This document shows, one piece after another, positions 18,336 through 26,133 of a stretch of DNA of 64,000 bases. Each line of letters begins with the position of its first letter. Within the stretch, counting starts at the first letter, position 1. The position numbers and the translations under genes were made by a program. Under the pieces are notes generated by a model. That model had not been told where the DNA came from. It saw nothing but the letters and a program-made list of their open reading frames with translations, and ran no database searches. This stretch comes from Candidatus Omnitrophota bacterium. Its GTDB lineage: Bacteria > Omnitrophota > Gorgyraeia > Gygaellales > Profunditerraquicolaceae. Location of the stretch: contig JAUSED010000002.1 of assembly GCA_030650425.1 (NCBI GenBank), positions 2,388 to 66,387 on the forward strand, in the 5' to 3' direction.

Positions 18336-19840
18336 ATTTTTCTTTCGCGGCCGGAATTGTCGGCTCCGGTAATTATCGTCGGGGTAATAAAGATAATCAA
18401 TTCTGTTTTTGTATTTTCCTTACTTCTGCTGCTAAACAACGGGCCAATTATAGGGGTCCGGGATAATCCGGGCAGGCCGTTTATGCTCCCGGTATCTTCA
18501 TTTTTCATCAGCCCGGTTATAATTAAGGTGGAGCCGTCTTTAACCTTGACCACTGTTTCTGATTGAGAAGTCTGAACTATGGGGACCTGCGAACCGGCAG
18601 CCGTAGTCAAGGTACTCGTTACGCTGCTAACCTCAGGCTTGATTTTCATCGTGATATACCCGTCGGCGCCGATAGTGGGAACAACGCTCAGTTTAACCCC
18701 TACGTCGATAAACTGAATACTCTCGGAAGTAATAGTGGTGGTTTCAGCCTGACTCTGGGATGCGGTTACGTAAGCTTGGCGGCTACCCACAAGAAGCTTT
18801 GCCTCTTCCTTGTTTACCACCACAATCCTCGGCCGGGTAAGCACCTTAGTCGTGCCGTATTGGTTAAGTAAATTCATCACCGCGTTAAAATTATCTCTGG
18901 TCAAGACGCCTAAATCTATCCTTCCGTAAGAAGATAGGGCTGGGCTCACCGCGAAATTACCCACCAAATCCAACTTTTGCCTTCCCGCGTCTTTAAAGAT
19001 TCCCTCCCACGATATGCCGCTTTGTAATTGATCATCGAGGGTAATCTCGATTATCTCTCCGCTAATCAACACCTGCCTGCTTTGTTCATCAAATTCTGCC
19101 ATTAGCTTTTTAATCCTGTTCACCCTTTGAGGCAGGTCAGTAACCATCACTTTAGCGCTCCTCTCGTCAACGATCACCTGTCCTACTCCCGGAGTAATCA
19201 AATCATTAATGTAGGTTTTGAGGTCGGCGAAACGCGCGTAGTTGATATCAAAGACCGCGGTCTCCAGCGGCTGATCCAGTTGTTTGATCGTATCCTCGAT
19301 TACGCGTACTGACTGCGGGGCATCGATGATGATAATCGTTCCGGTAGAATCATCGGAGATTATTTTGCCTACATCGGATTTTAAGTTTGAGATAACATTC
19401 ATCACATTCGCCGGCTTGGCATAGTTCAATTTGATCGTCTTGGTCTCCTTGCGCTCCCAGAATTTTTTGCCGTTGGCCTTTTCGTATTCGGCCCCGGTCA
19501 TTACTTTGACGATTTTACCTTTTATTTCATACGCTAAATCCTGCATCGTCGTAATCACATCCAAGGCGTCGGTAAAGGAAAGGTTATCCATAAAGACAGT
19601 AACCCTTCCTTTAACCTCGGGAGTGGTAATCACCGTCATCCCGCTTTTCTCCGAGAGCATTTTAAATAACTCATTAATTTCTACTCCTTTTAGATCCAGG
19701 GTAATCTTGCTCTCGCTTTTCTCTTCGCCTGTTTGCGGCTGAGCGGGCGCGCTATCCTGTTGAACATCTTCCGCGGATAAAGAACTAAGGCCCATCCAGA
19801 AAATAACCGTAAACGTAACCAATACAAATCCGGCTCTCAT
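18332..19840 (-). CDS. Secretin paralog (GspD/PilQ family), directly upstream of the TPR-secretin with a 4-bp overlap
   Basis: …VLTRPRIVVVNKEEAKLLVGSRQAYVTASQ…GLPGLSRTPIIGPLFSSRSKENTKTELIIFITPTII. The N-terminal domains are homologous to those of 16272-18335. Confidence 0.85.
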   Translation of the reverse strand: MRAGFVLVTFTVIFWMGLSSLSAEDVQQDSAPAQPQTGEEKSESKITLDLKGVEINELFKMLSEKSGMTVITTPEVKGRVTVFMDNLSFTDALDVITTMQDLAYEIKGKIVKVMTGAEYEKANGKKFWERKETKTIKLNYAKPANVMNVISNLKSDVGKIISDDSTGTIIIIDAPQSVRVIEDTIKQLDQPLETAVFDINYARFADLKTYINDLITPGVGQVIVDERSAKVMVTDLPQRVNRIKKLMAEFDEQSRQVLISGEIIEITLDDQLQSGISWEGIFKDAGRQKLDLVGNFAVSPALSSYGRIDLGVLTRDNFNAVMNLLNQYGTTKVLTRPRIVVVNKEEAKLLVGSRQAYVTASQSQAETTTITSESIQFIDVGVKLSVVPTIGADGYITMKIKPEVSSVTSTLTTAAGSQVPIVQTSQSETVVKVKDGSTLIITGLMKNEDTGSINGLPGLSRTPIIGPLFSSRSKENTKTELIIFITPTIITGADNSGRERKI

Positions 19841-20496
19841 CTTAATTCGTAGTCGCTTGTTTTTCCGCCGGAAGAAATCTCCAAGGTGGCTGAATTACGC
19901 GAAACCTCTTTAATCTTAAATTGTTCGTTTTCAAAAGAATCGCCTTTTTTTAAAACATAGGTCCGGGAGTTAGGATCCTTGCCGTACTCAATCATTACTT
20001 CAGGGTTAGCTGACCAAATGATCCCCACTAACTTTAAATCCTTAGTCAGTTCGGCCACTTTTGGGCCATCTGTTTCAACAGATTCAATGGGTTTAACCCC
20101 GGGCGGAAGGAAAATATCTCTTTTGATATCCTGAGGTAAAACATTTTTACGCAGGATACCCTGGTTTTCTCTCGAAGAAATCACTTTGGATATCGCCGCC
20201 GCGTCGGTAGAAGTAAAATAAGCGGCATTGGAGGCCGAAACAACCGGCCCGCTTAAAAGGCTGTAAATTAAAAAAAGGGTAACTACGGAGGCGGTTAAGA
20301 CCAAAACCTTATTGAGAAGGGGAAGGTTGAACTTAAATTCTTTAATATCTTTCAGGTTTAAGCCGAATTTATGTGTAGGTATAAGCTCGGATAATGATTT
20401 TTTCGGGCTTACGCCGATACTTGGCTTACGCTTGATTTCACCTGTGCCGCCTTCGATAATCTTTAGTAGTCTTTCGTCTGAAGTCCCCTTATCCAT
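19837..20496 (-). CDS. PilP/GspC-like secretin-associated protein. A short cytoplasmic N-terminus and one TM precede a periplasmic β-domain.
   Basis: The TM segment is VLVLTASVVTLFLIYSLL. The C-terminal region reads GIIWSANPEVMIEYGKDPNSRTYVLKKGDSFENEQFKIKEVSRNSATLEI. It sits directly upstream of the secretins. The track start METVSKGK is a translation of a GAAACAGTTTC repeat, so the start is moved to the ATG at 20496-20494 (MDKGTSDE…). Confidence 0.5.
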   Translation of the reverse strand: MDKGTSDERLLKIIEGGTGEIKRKPSIGVSPKKSLSELIPTHKFGLNLKDIKEFKFNLPLLNKVLVLTASVVTLFLIYSLLSGPVVSASNAAYFTSTDAAAISKVISSRENQGILRKNVLPQDIKRDIFLPPGVKPIESVETDGPKVAELTKDLKLVGIIWSANPEVMIEYGKDPNSRTYVLKKGDSFENEQFKIKEVSRNSATLEISSGGKTSDYELR

Positions 20497-20505
20497 TTTT
20501 CCTTT

Positions 20506-20564
20506 CGAAACTGTTTCCATCCCAATCGGGAAACTGTTTCCGAGCCAATCGGGACAGTGTCCCC
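20506..20564. repeat. BIME/REP-like array D: GAAACTGTTTCC, GGAAACTGTTTCC, and the hybrid GGGACAGTGTCCCC
   Basis: cgaaactgtttccatcccaatcgggaaactgtttccgagccaatcgggacagtgtcccc. Confidence 0.85.
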
Positions 20565-20570
20565 TCTCCG

Positions 20571-21395
20571 CTATACCGCATTCCTGGCAATTAAATCCCG
20601 CACTAAGGTCGCGTCGATCACCGTCTTATTACTGGTAATCAAGCTCCTGAGCGCGTTATGACAAACTAAATTTATCCTGCGCGGATATCCCTGGCTATAA
20701 CGATGAATCTCGCTAATTGCCTCATCTGTAAAGAGTTTCAGCTCAGAATTAAACCCCGAGGCCCGCAACCGGTAATTGATCATATCCCTTGTCTCTTTTT
20801 CATCCAGGGGATTGATTACATATTTAAGGACGATGCGGTCAAAAAAGTTCTTGATCTCTTTGATCCGCGGGAGGAGCTCCATCTGGGAAAAAAGGACCAG
20901 CTGTAATAATTTATATTCGTTGGTTTCATAATTTAACAAGACGCGCAATACTTCTAAGGAAGCCGGATTAAGTTTTTGCGCTTCATCCACCACAAAAACA
21001 ATCGTTTTATTTTCTTCCACGCCTTTTTGAAAAAGAAACTTCTTGATCGCCTCTTTATAATCCAACACATTGGGAGAAGATTTAATTTCATCCTGAATGC
21101 CGAAGGTGCGTACTAGCGACTCCATAAAAAGTTCTTCACTCTGGGGGGTAGGATCCATAATCATATAAAAAAGAATATCTGGCCGCTCCTTTAACATCTG
21201 AAAAAGCTTACGCGATAGAGTAGTCTTACCCACCCCCACATCTCCTAAGATGACGCTTAATCCACGGCGCAAACGTATCTCGACCAAGACTCGAAGCAGG
21301 CAGGCCTTATGTTCGATAGATTCATAGAAGAAAGCCGGATCCGGGCTGCTGGAGAAAGGTTCTTTTTCTAAACCTAATACGGTATAATAGCTCAT
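20571..21395 (-). CDS. AAA ATPase of the ExeA/GspA/MshM family
   Basis: The Walker A motif is GDVGVGKTTL and the Walker B motif is TIVFVVDEAQKL. The family is usually encoded next to secretins. Confidence 0.7.
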   Translation of the reverse strand: MSYYTVLGLEKEPFSSSPDPAFFYESIEHKACLLRVLVEIRLRRGLSVILGDVGVGKTTLSRKLFQMLKERPDILFYMIMDPTPQSEELFMESLVRTFGIQDEIKSSPNVLDYKEAIKKFLFQKGVEENKTIVFVVDEAQKLNPASLEVLRVLLNYETNEYKLLQLVLFSQMELLPRIKEIKNFFDRIVLKYVINPLDEKETRDMINYRLRASGFNSELKLFTDEAISEIHRYSQGYPRRINLVCHNALRSLITSNKTVIDATLVRDLIARNAV

Positions 21396-21622
21396 TGTCC
21401 TTTTAACAAAATCCCCCGGATAAGATGCAGCGAATATCCCTGGCTCTTAAGCTTGCTTATTCTGGCTAACCCGGAGCGAACCTCCCGGATACTATATAAA
21501 CGGTTATTCCCCTCCCTCCTGCGTACTTTTAATAAACCCAAGTTCGTATAATAATTGATTGTCTGATAAGAAAGATTGTATTTCTTGCTGATTTCAATAG
21601 GTGAGATTAAAGTTTTTGCCAT
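21392..21622 (-). CDS. Small MerR-family helix-turn-helix DNA-binding protein
   Basis: ISPIEISKKYNLSYQTINYYTNLGLL is a MerR-type HTH. A strong AAGGAGG ribosome-binding site lies 6 nt before the ATG. Confidence 0.55.
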   Translation of the reverse strand: MAKTLISPIEISKKYNLSYQTINYYTNLGLLKVRRREGNNRLYSIREVRSGLARISKLKSQGYSLHLIRGILLKGQ

Positions 21623-21649
21623 CGCGCTCCTCCTTAAGGTGCTTAGAAC

Positions 21650-21705
21650 AATAAATATAGTAAGTTATAGTAGATGCTATAACACCATGACAAATGCTAT
21701 AACAT
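21650..21705 (-). promoter_or_regulatory. Putative sigma70-like promoter with an 11-bp direct repeat (TGTTATAGCAT ×2, 20 bp apart) overlapping the -35 box and the spacer
   Basis: On the minus strand: TATAATatgTTATAGCATtTGTCAtggtgTTATAGCATctacTATAACtta… This reads as TTGTCA-N18-TATAAC and lies upstream of the MerR-like/MshM/PilP/secretin gene string. Confidence 0.35.
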
Positions 21706-21894
21706 ATTATACATTTTGTCAAGTAAAATCTTCAATTTTACCGTCGGAGAGGTAAATTTTGGCGATTTTTTAAATTTTTTTATAAAAAGATTGCTTTTAC
21801 AACTTTTAAACCATCCGCTTTCATTAGATAGTGATTTTTTACGTATCTTGAGTATTTACACAGTCTTTTACTCCAGCAAAAAAATAGATACAGC

Positions 21895-21924
21895 CCCTAA
21901 TAGAGATTTCAATCTCTATTAGGG
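21895..21924. repeat. Perfect 13-bp-stem hairpin CCCTAATAGAGAT-ttca-ATCTCTATTAGGG
   Basis: Read directly from the sequence. It is intergenic, in the 450-bp AT-rich region upstream of the secretin operon. Confidence 0.8.
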
Positions 21925-22034
21925 CTATCTAAAATTGCATTAAATCATCCTGAAGAAAAAATCTGGGGAAAGCAATTATTTTTGTAAAAAAAGGGGGACG
22001 GTTATATTTTTCGGGTTTTCTGATGCCAAAAAAA

Positions 22035-22073
22035 GGTGACGGTCACGAAATGCGTGACTGTCACCTTTTTTTT
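22035..22073 (-). terminator. Rho-independent terminator built from paired GTGAC(N)GTCAC palindromes and a T8/A8 run; bidirectional
   Basis: aaaaaaaGGTGACGGTCACGaaatGCGTGACTGTCACCtttttttt, immediately 3' of the lipoprotein gene stop at 22081. Confidence 0.75.
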
Positions 22074-22080
22074 ATAAATC

Positions 22081-23073
22081 TTATTTGGTAATAACTTCGA
22101 TCTCGGTAGAGGTAACTGCGGATACTCCTTTATTGTCTTTTACTGTAAGCGTAGCGGTATATTTACGTGAACCGTAGGTTGAACTCCAGTAAGTATTGGT
22201 GGGATTCCTCTTCGTAGAGGTGTCTCCGTCGCCAAATTCCCAAGAATAAGAGACGATCTTACCATTGGGAGACGAAGATTGTGACCCGTTGAATTGCACA
22301 AATAACGGAGATGGGCCTTTTTGTGGCTTAGTAATGATTACTGCAATCGGCGCCTTAGTCGAAGCTTGGGACTTAATAACGATCTTTTCTTTTACCGAGA
22401 CAGGAGCTGATGCCTGAACGGCCGGATGAGAATTATCCTTACTAGCCGCGGGCGAAACAAGCTGCTCCTTAGGAGGAACTGTTTCAACCGCCTCTTTCTT
22501 AACCGGCTCTTTAGTTTCCGGCGGTAGCGTAACTTTTTCCGTAACTGTAGCCGGCGCTTGGGGTTTTTCTTCTGTTGAAGCTTGAACACCCTCTTTCTTT
22601 AAGTCTTCTTGAATGTAGGCATTTAACCGGTCTTTTAAAGCTTTGATTCGCTCTTTTTCAACTTTATACTCGGCATCCTCCAGCTTATCAATACGCTCTT
22701 TATACTTGGGATCATGATTATATTGATAATCACTAATCATGATCGCGGGCAAACGGAATACGCCTATAACTGACCTAACAATAAATACCGGTGGATCAAT
22801 GAAGTTCTGCTTAAAGCGGTTCTCGATATAACCCATCTTCTTATAGTAATTTTCAACTTCTTTTCTGCGGCGCTGGAAGCGCTGGCGAGCGACCTGTTCG
22901 TCTATGGGGATAGAATTATCCTTCCCCAGAGTATATTCCGGAATGACTCTGTCATATCTGGTAACGATGAAACCTTTATTATAAGGAGAGTACTCACCTT
23001 TTTTAAGACTATAGGTGGCACAGCCGGAAAGGAATAATAACGCGGAAATAACCAAAAGTAATTTTATTTTCAT
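22081..23073 (-). CDS. Lipoprotein with a C-terminal PKD domain
   Basis: MKIKLLLVISALLFLSGC has a lipobox. The C-terminal IVSYSWEFGDGDTSTKRNPTNTY…TATLTVKDNKGV is a PKD signature. The track's upstream extension (MTVTKKMGTVPKRRGTVP…) is a translation of the GGGGACTGTCCCC doublet, so the start is set at the ATG at 23073-23071. Confidence 0.7.
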   Translation of the reverse strand: MKIKLLLVISALLFLSGCATYSLKKGEYSPYNKGFIVTRYDRVIPEYTLGKDNSIPIDEQVARQRFQRRRKEVENYYKKMGYIENRFKQNFIDPPVFIVRSVIGVFRLPAIMISDYQYNHDPKYKERIDKLEDAEYKVEKERIKALKDRLNAYIQEDLKKEGVQASTEEKPQAPATVTEKVTLPPETKEPVKKEAVETVPPKEQLVSPAASKDNSHPAVQASAPVSVKEKIVIKSQASTKAPIAVIITKPQKGPSPLFVQFNGSQSSSPNGKIVSYSWEFGDGDTSTKRNPTNTYWSSTYGSRKYTATLTVKDNKGVSAVTSTEIEVITK

Positions 23074-23118
23074 TTGAGATATAATACTACTTTGGCCAGG
23101 TTGTGTCAACCGGAAAAT

Positions 23119-23180
23119 GGGGACTGTCCCCCGCCTTTTGGGGACTGTCCCCATTTTCTTCGTGACTGTCACCTTTTTTT
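23119..23180. repeat. Doublet GGGGACTGTCCCC-cgcctttt-GGGGACTGTCCCC, then GTGACTGTCAC and a T7 run. It looks like a terminator for the PilZ gene.
   Basis: ggggactgtcccccgccttttggggactgtccccattttcttcgtgactgtcaccttttttt. Confidence 0.8.
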
Positions 23181-23520
23181 ACAACTTGGAATAGATTGTC
23201 CTTAAAACTAATGGAATGGGTTTAATCGGGCGGCTCTTTAATTTGAGGCCATACCTGTATTTGAAATCATCTACCTGCTTTGACCAGACTACTTCCGCTT
23301 CAAGAGTAATCTCTTCGCCGTTATCCGGGACCTTAAGACATATAATCAGGGGAGTGTTTATTGGCAATTCCTCGTCACTGATTAAACCAAGGCCCTGACC
23401 GCTGATATTCTGCGTACAGGTTGCATTGATACTCTTTAGATTAGAGCTAACGTACTTTAAAGGAATAGCGACGAGAAAACGGACTAGCTTCCTTCTTTCC
23501 TGCCGACAGCCATCAGACAT
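23179..23520 (-). CDS. PilZ-domain protein (putative c-di-GMP receptor)
   Basis: RQERRKLVR matches the RxxxR motif and NISGQGLGL matches the (D/N)xSxxG motif. Confidence 0.6.
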   Translation of the reverse strand: MSDGCRQERRKLVRFLVAIPLKYVSSNLKSINATCTQNISGQGLGLISDEELPINTPLIICLKVPDNGEEITLEAEVVWSKQVDDFKYRYGLKLKSRPIKPIPLVLRTIYSKL

Positions 23521-23640
23521 AGGTTGACCCCTTCCCTATTGTCATGCGCATAAAGGTTTGCTGTATTAGACATAACTAGTATGCCTTATGTTTGCCATCC
23601 ATTTCAAGGCTATCTTAAGTATTTTAGAAAGCGCTTTCTT

Positions 23641-24000
23641 TTAGGCTTTCCGCTCGGCAAAATCACCGGCAAACGGCAGTTTGAAATATTCCCCCTTATA
23701 GGCCTTGATCATCAGGATGATCCAGAGGATTATCTCTACTATGCCCAATAGCATAATCAAGCTAAAGCCTATAAACGGCAGGATCCTTAAGATAATGCCT
23801 AAAACAAAAAAGAAAGCAAAGACTATAATTGACTGCAGCGCGTGAAAACGCACAAATTTATTTTCTTTCTCGAGGGCGTAAAAGATGACTCCGGAAATAA
23901 AACCTAAAAAATAGCTTAAAAGTGCTACAATATTGGCTTCTATCCCAAGGCTTGATTTCCCCTGACTAATGTGTTCCATAATCAACCTCCTTGCCGTCAT
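23641..24000 (-). CDS. Small integral membrane protein (DUF4870-like, 2-3 TM)
   Basis: The hydrophobic segments are LLSYFLGFISGVIFYAL and IIVFAFFFVLGIILRILPFIGFSLIMLLGIVEIILWIILMI. The start may be the internal Met of MEHISQ. Confidence 0.4.
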   Translation of the reverse strand: MTARRLIMEHISQGKSSLGIEANIVALLSYFLGFISGVIFYALEKENKFVRFHALQSIIVFAFFFVLGIILRILPFIGFSLIMLLGIVEIILWIILMIKAYKGEYFKLPFAGDFAERKA

Positions 24001-24010
24001 TGCGGGAAAA

Positions 24011-24047
24011 GGTGACAGTCACGCACTTCGTGGACTGTCACCTTTTC
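24011..24047 (-). terminator. Paired-palindrome terminator after folE
   Basis: GGTGACAGTCACGCacttCGTGGACTGTCACCttttc. Confidence 0.6.
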
Positions 24048-24059
24048 TTTCACCTTTTC

Positions 24060-24617
24060 TTAAGATTTAATCAACGCCAGCGCCTCTGAACGGGTTTTTT
24101 CATTCTCTTTGAATATCCCGCGCACGGCAGAAGTAACCGTAAGCGTCCCGGGTTTTTTTACGCCCCTGAAAGACATACACATATGTTCTGCTTCAATAAT
24201 CACCATACAACCCAATGGGTTAAGCTTCTTCATAATGATATCCGCCACCTGCGTAGTCAAACGTTCCTGCACCTGCGGCCTGCGTGATAAGATATCCACT
24301 ACCCGAGCTAATTTGCTTAAGCCGGTTACCCTTCCGGATTTAGGGATATAGGCGATATGCGCTTTGCCAAAGAATGGCAAAAGATGATGTTCACAGATCG
24401 AGTACATAGGTATTCCTTTCAGCAGGATAATCTCATGATGCTTCTGATCCAGGATAACTTCCAACTCTTTTTCAGGATCAAGCTTAATCCCTGCGAATAT
24501 CTCTTCATACATTTCGGCCACGCGCTTAGGGGTCTCAAGCAGGTCTTTCCTCTTAGCGTCCTCGCCAATCGCCTCCAAGATATCAGTTATCGCCTTCTCA
24601 ATCTTTTTCTTATTCAT
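24060..24617 (-). CDS. folE: GTP cyclohydrolase I
   Basis: …[23 protein letters not shown]…[11 protein letters not shown]… is the canonical FolE core. Confidence 0.9.
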   Translation of the reverse strand: MNKKKIEKAITDILEAIGEDAKRKDLLETPKRVAEMYEEIFAGIKLDPEKELEVILDQKHHEIILLKGIPMYSICEHHLLPFFGKAHIAYIPKSGRVTGLSKLARVVDILSRRPQVQERLTTQVADIIMKKLNPLGCMVIIEAEHMCMSFRGVKKPGTLTVTSAVRGIFKENEKTRSEALALIKS

Positions 24618-24626
24618 GTTTCTCCT

Positions 24627-26009
24627 TCATTTACCTATACAAAACTCCGCGAAAATCTTATCTAAAAGGTCTTCGGAAAATTTCTTCCCCAAGATCTCAT
24701 CTAAACACCCTAAGGCCTCTTTTATCCCTTGGGCAATGAACTCCGGAGGTAACTTATTATCTAACGATTCGCGCGCTTCCGCAATAATAATCTTTGCCTT
24801 CTGGATCATCTTTATATACCTTAAATTGGCGACCATCAGTGATTCAGCTCCCGCGATATGGCCGCCATAGACTAAATCAGCGATAGCCTGCTCCAAAATT
24901 CCGATATTAGTCATTTTTTTTGCCGAGATATCGATAATTACCTTAAATAATCCCTGCAACTTACTCCGCTCGATCTTTTGCTTAAGATCAATTTTATTGA
25001 TCAAGGCGATTGCTTTCTTTTTCTTGAGTTTATGAATAAGAAAGAGGTCCTCTTTAGCTAACTTCCTGCTCCCATCAAATAAAATAAGCGCTACATCTGC
25101 CAAATCAATCTGACTGCTTGCGCGCTGGATTGCTTTTTTCTCCACCAAGTCGCGTGGCTCTAAAATTCCGGCAGTATCCACAATCCTTACCGGTATCCCC
25201 TTGATATCGATTACTTCTTCTATGGTATCACGGGTTGTCCCGGCAACCGGAGTGACGATGGAGCGCTCTTCTTTGAGCAGCGCGTTTAATAACGATGATT
25301 TACCGACATTAGGCTTACCACAGATCACTACATGTATTCCTTCGCGCAATATCCGGGCTAATTTCGAATCCTTAACCAGCTTTTCCAACTCTTGCTCAAC
25401 TTCTCCCACTTTTCCAGAGAGCATTTTTAAATCTAGCCGCGAAATTTCCTCTTCAGGGAAATCAATACTCGCCTCTAATTCCGTAAGAATATTTAATAAT
25501 GATCCCCTCTCTTTGTTTATTTGCCTGGATAGAGCGCCCTTTAATTGTTCCATCCCTATTTTTAAGGCAGCGTCGGTCTTAGCCCGGATGATATCCAAGA
25601 CTGCCTCTGCCTGCGTCAAATCAATCCTGCCGGATATAAAAGCGCGCTTGGTAAATTCACCCGGCTCGGCAAGGCGGGCGCCATTCTCTAAAACCAGATT
25701 AAGCGTATCGCGCAAAGCAATTATCCCGCCATGACAATTTATTTCCACGACATCCTCTCTAGTGTAAGATTTAGGGCCGCGCATAATGGTGAGAATAACC
25801 TCATCAATCATTTTACCGTTCTTGACAATTGTTCCGTAATGCGTAGTATAGGTTTTAAAAGATGAGGCCTTCTTACCTGAAGGAGAAACAAATACCCTAT
25901 CGGAGATCTTCAACGCTTCTTTACCGCTTAAGCGGACAATCCCGATTCCACCCTCTCCTATAGAAGTTGATATGGCTGCAATGGTATCAGTCAAGCTTAA
26001 ATCTCTCAT
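24627..26009 (-). CDS. mnmE: tRNA uridine-5-carboxymethylaminomethyl modification GTPase
   Basis: The N-terminal THF-binding domain reads DTIAAISTSIGEGGIGIVRLSG. The G domain has CGKPNVGKSSLLNAL and DTAG. The C-terminus ends …FCIGK. Confidence 0.9.
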   Translation of the reverse strand: MRDLSLTDTIAAISTSIGEGGIGIVRLSGKEALKISDRVFVSPSGKKASSFKTYTTHYGTIVKNGKMIDEVILTIMRGPKSYTREDVVEINCHGGIIALRDTLNLVLENGARLAEPGEFTKRAFISGRIDLTQAEAVLDIIRAKTDAALKIGMEQLKGALSRQINKERGSLLNILTELEASIDFPEEEISRLDLKMLSGKVGEVEQELEKLVKDSKLARILREGIHVVICGKPNVGKSSLLNALLKEERSIVTPVAGTTRDTIEEVIDIKGIPVRIVDTAGILEPRDLVEKKAIQRASSQIDLADVALILFDGSRKLAKEDLFLIHKLKKKKAIALINKIDLKQKIERSKLQGLFKVIIDISAKKMTNIGILEQAIADLVYGGHIAGAESLMVANLRYIKMIQKAKIIIAEARESLDNKLPPEFIAQGIKEALGCLDEILGKKFSEDLLDKIFAEFCIGK

Positions 26010-26050
26010 TTTATAGACAGTTAAACGCGTCCCACTTTCCCGATTACCTC

Positions 26051-26133
26051 GGAAACAGTTTCCCTCACAAGTTGGAAACAGTTTCCATTCTAAAGGGGAA
26101 ACTGTTTCCGAGGTAAGGCGGAAACTGTCCCCC
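26051..26133. repeat. BIME/REP-like array E: four copies (GGAAACAGTTTCC ×2, GGAAACTGTTTCC, and the hybrid GGAAACTGTCCCC). It overlaps the last 14 codons and the stop codon of folC.
   Basis: ggaaacagtttccctcacaagttggaaacagtttccattctaaaggggaaactgtttccgaggtaaggcggaaactgtccccc. Confidence 0.85.

Noticed and set aside
25201-25734. A 177-aa plus-strand ORF inside mnmE, and similar antisense ORFs inside purH (27555-28058), hypE (35959-36582), carB' (50464-50712), glmS and gyrA
   Set aside because: They are antisense to strongly supported conserved genes, and their products are low-complexity with no recognisable domains.
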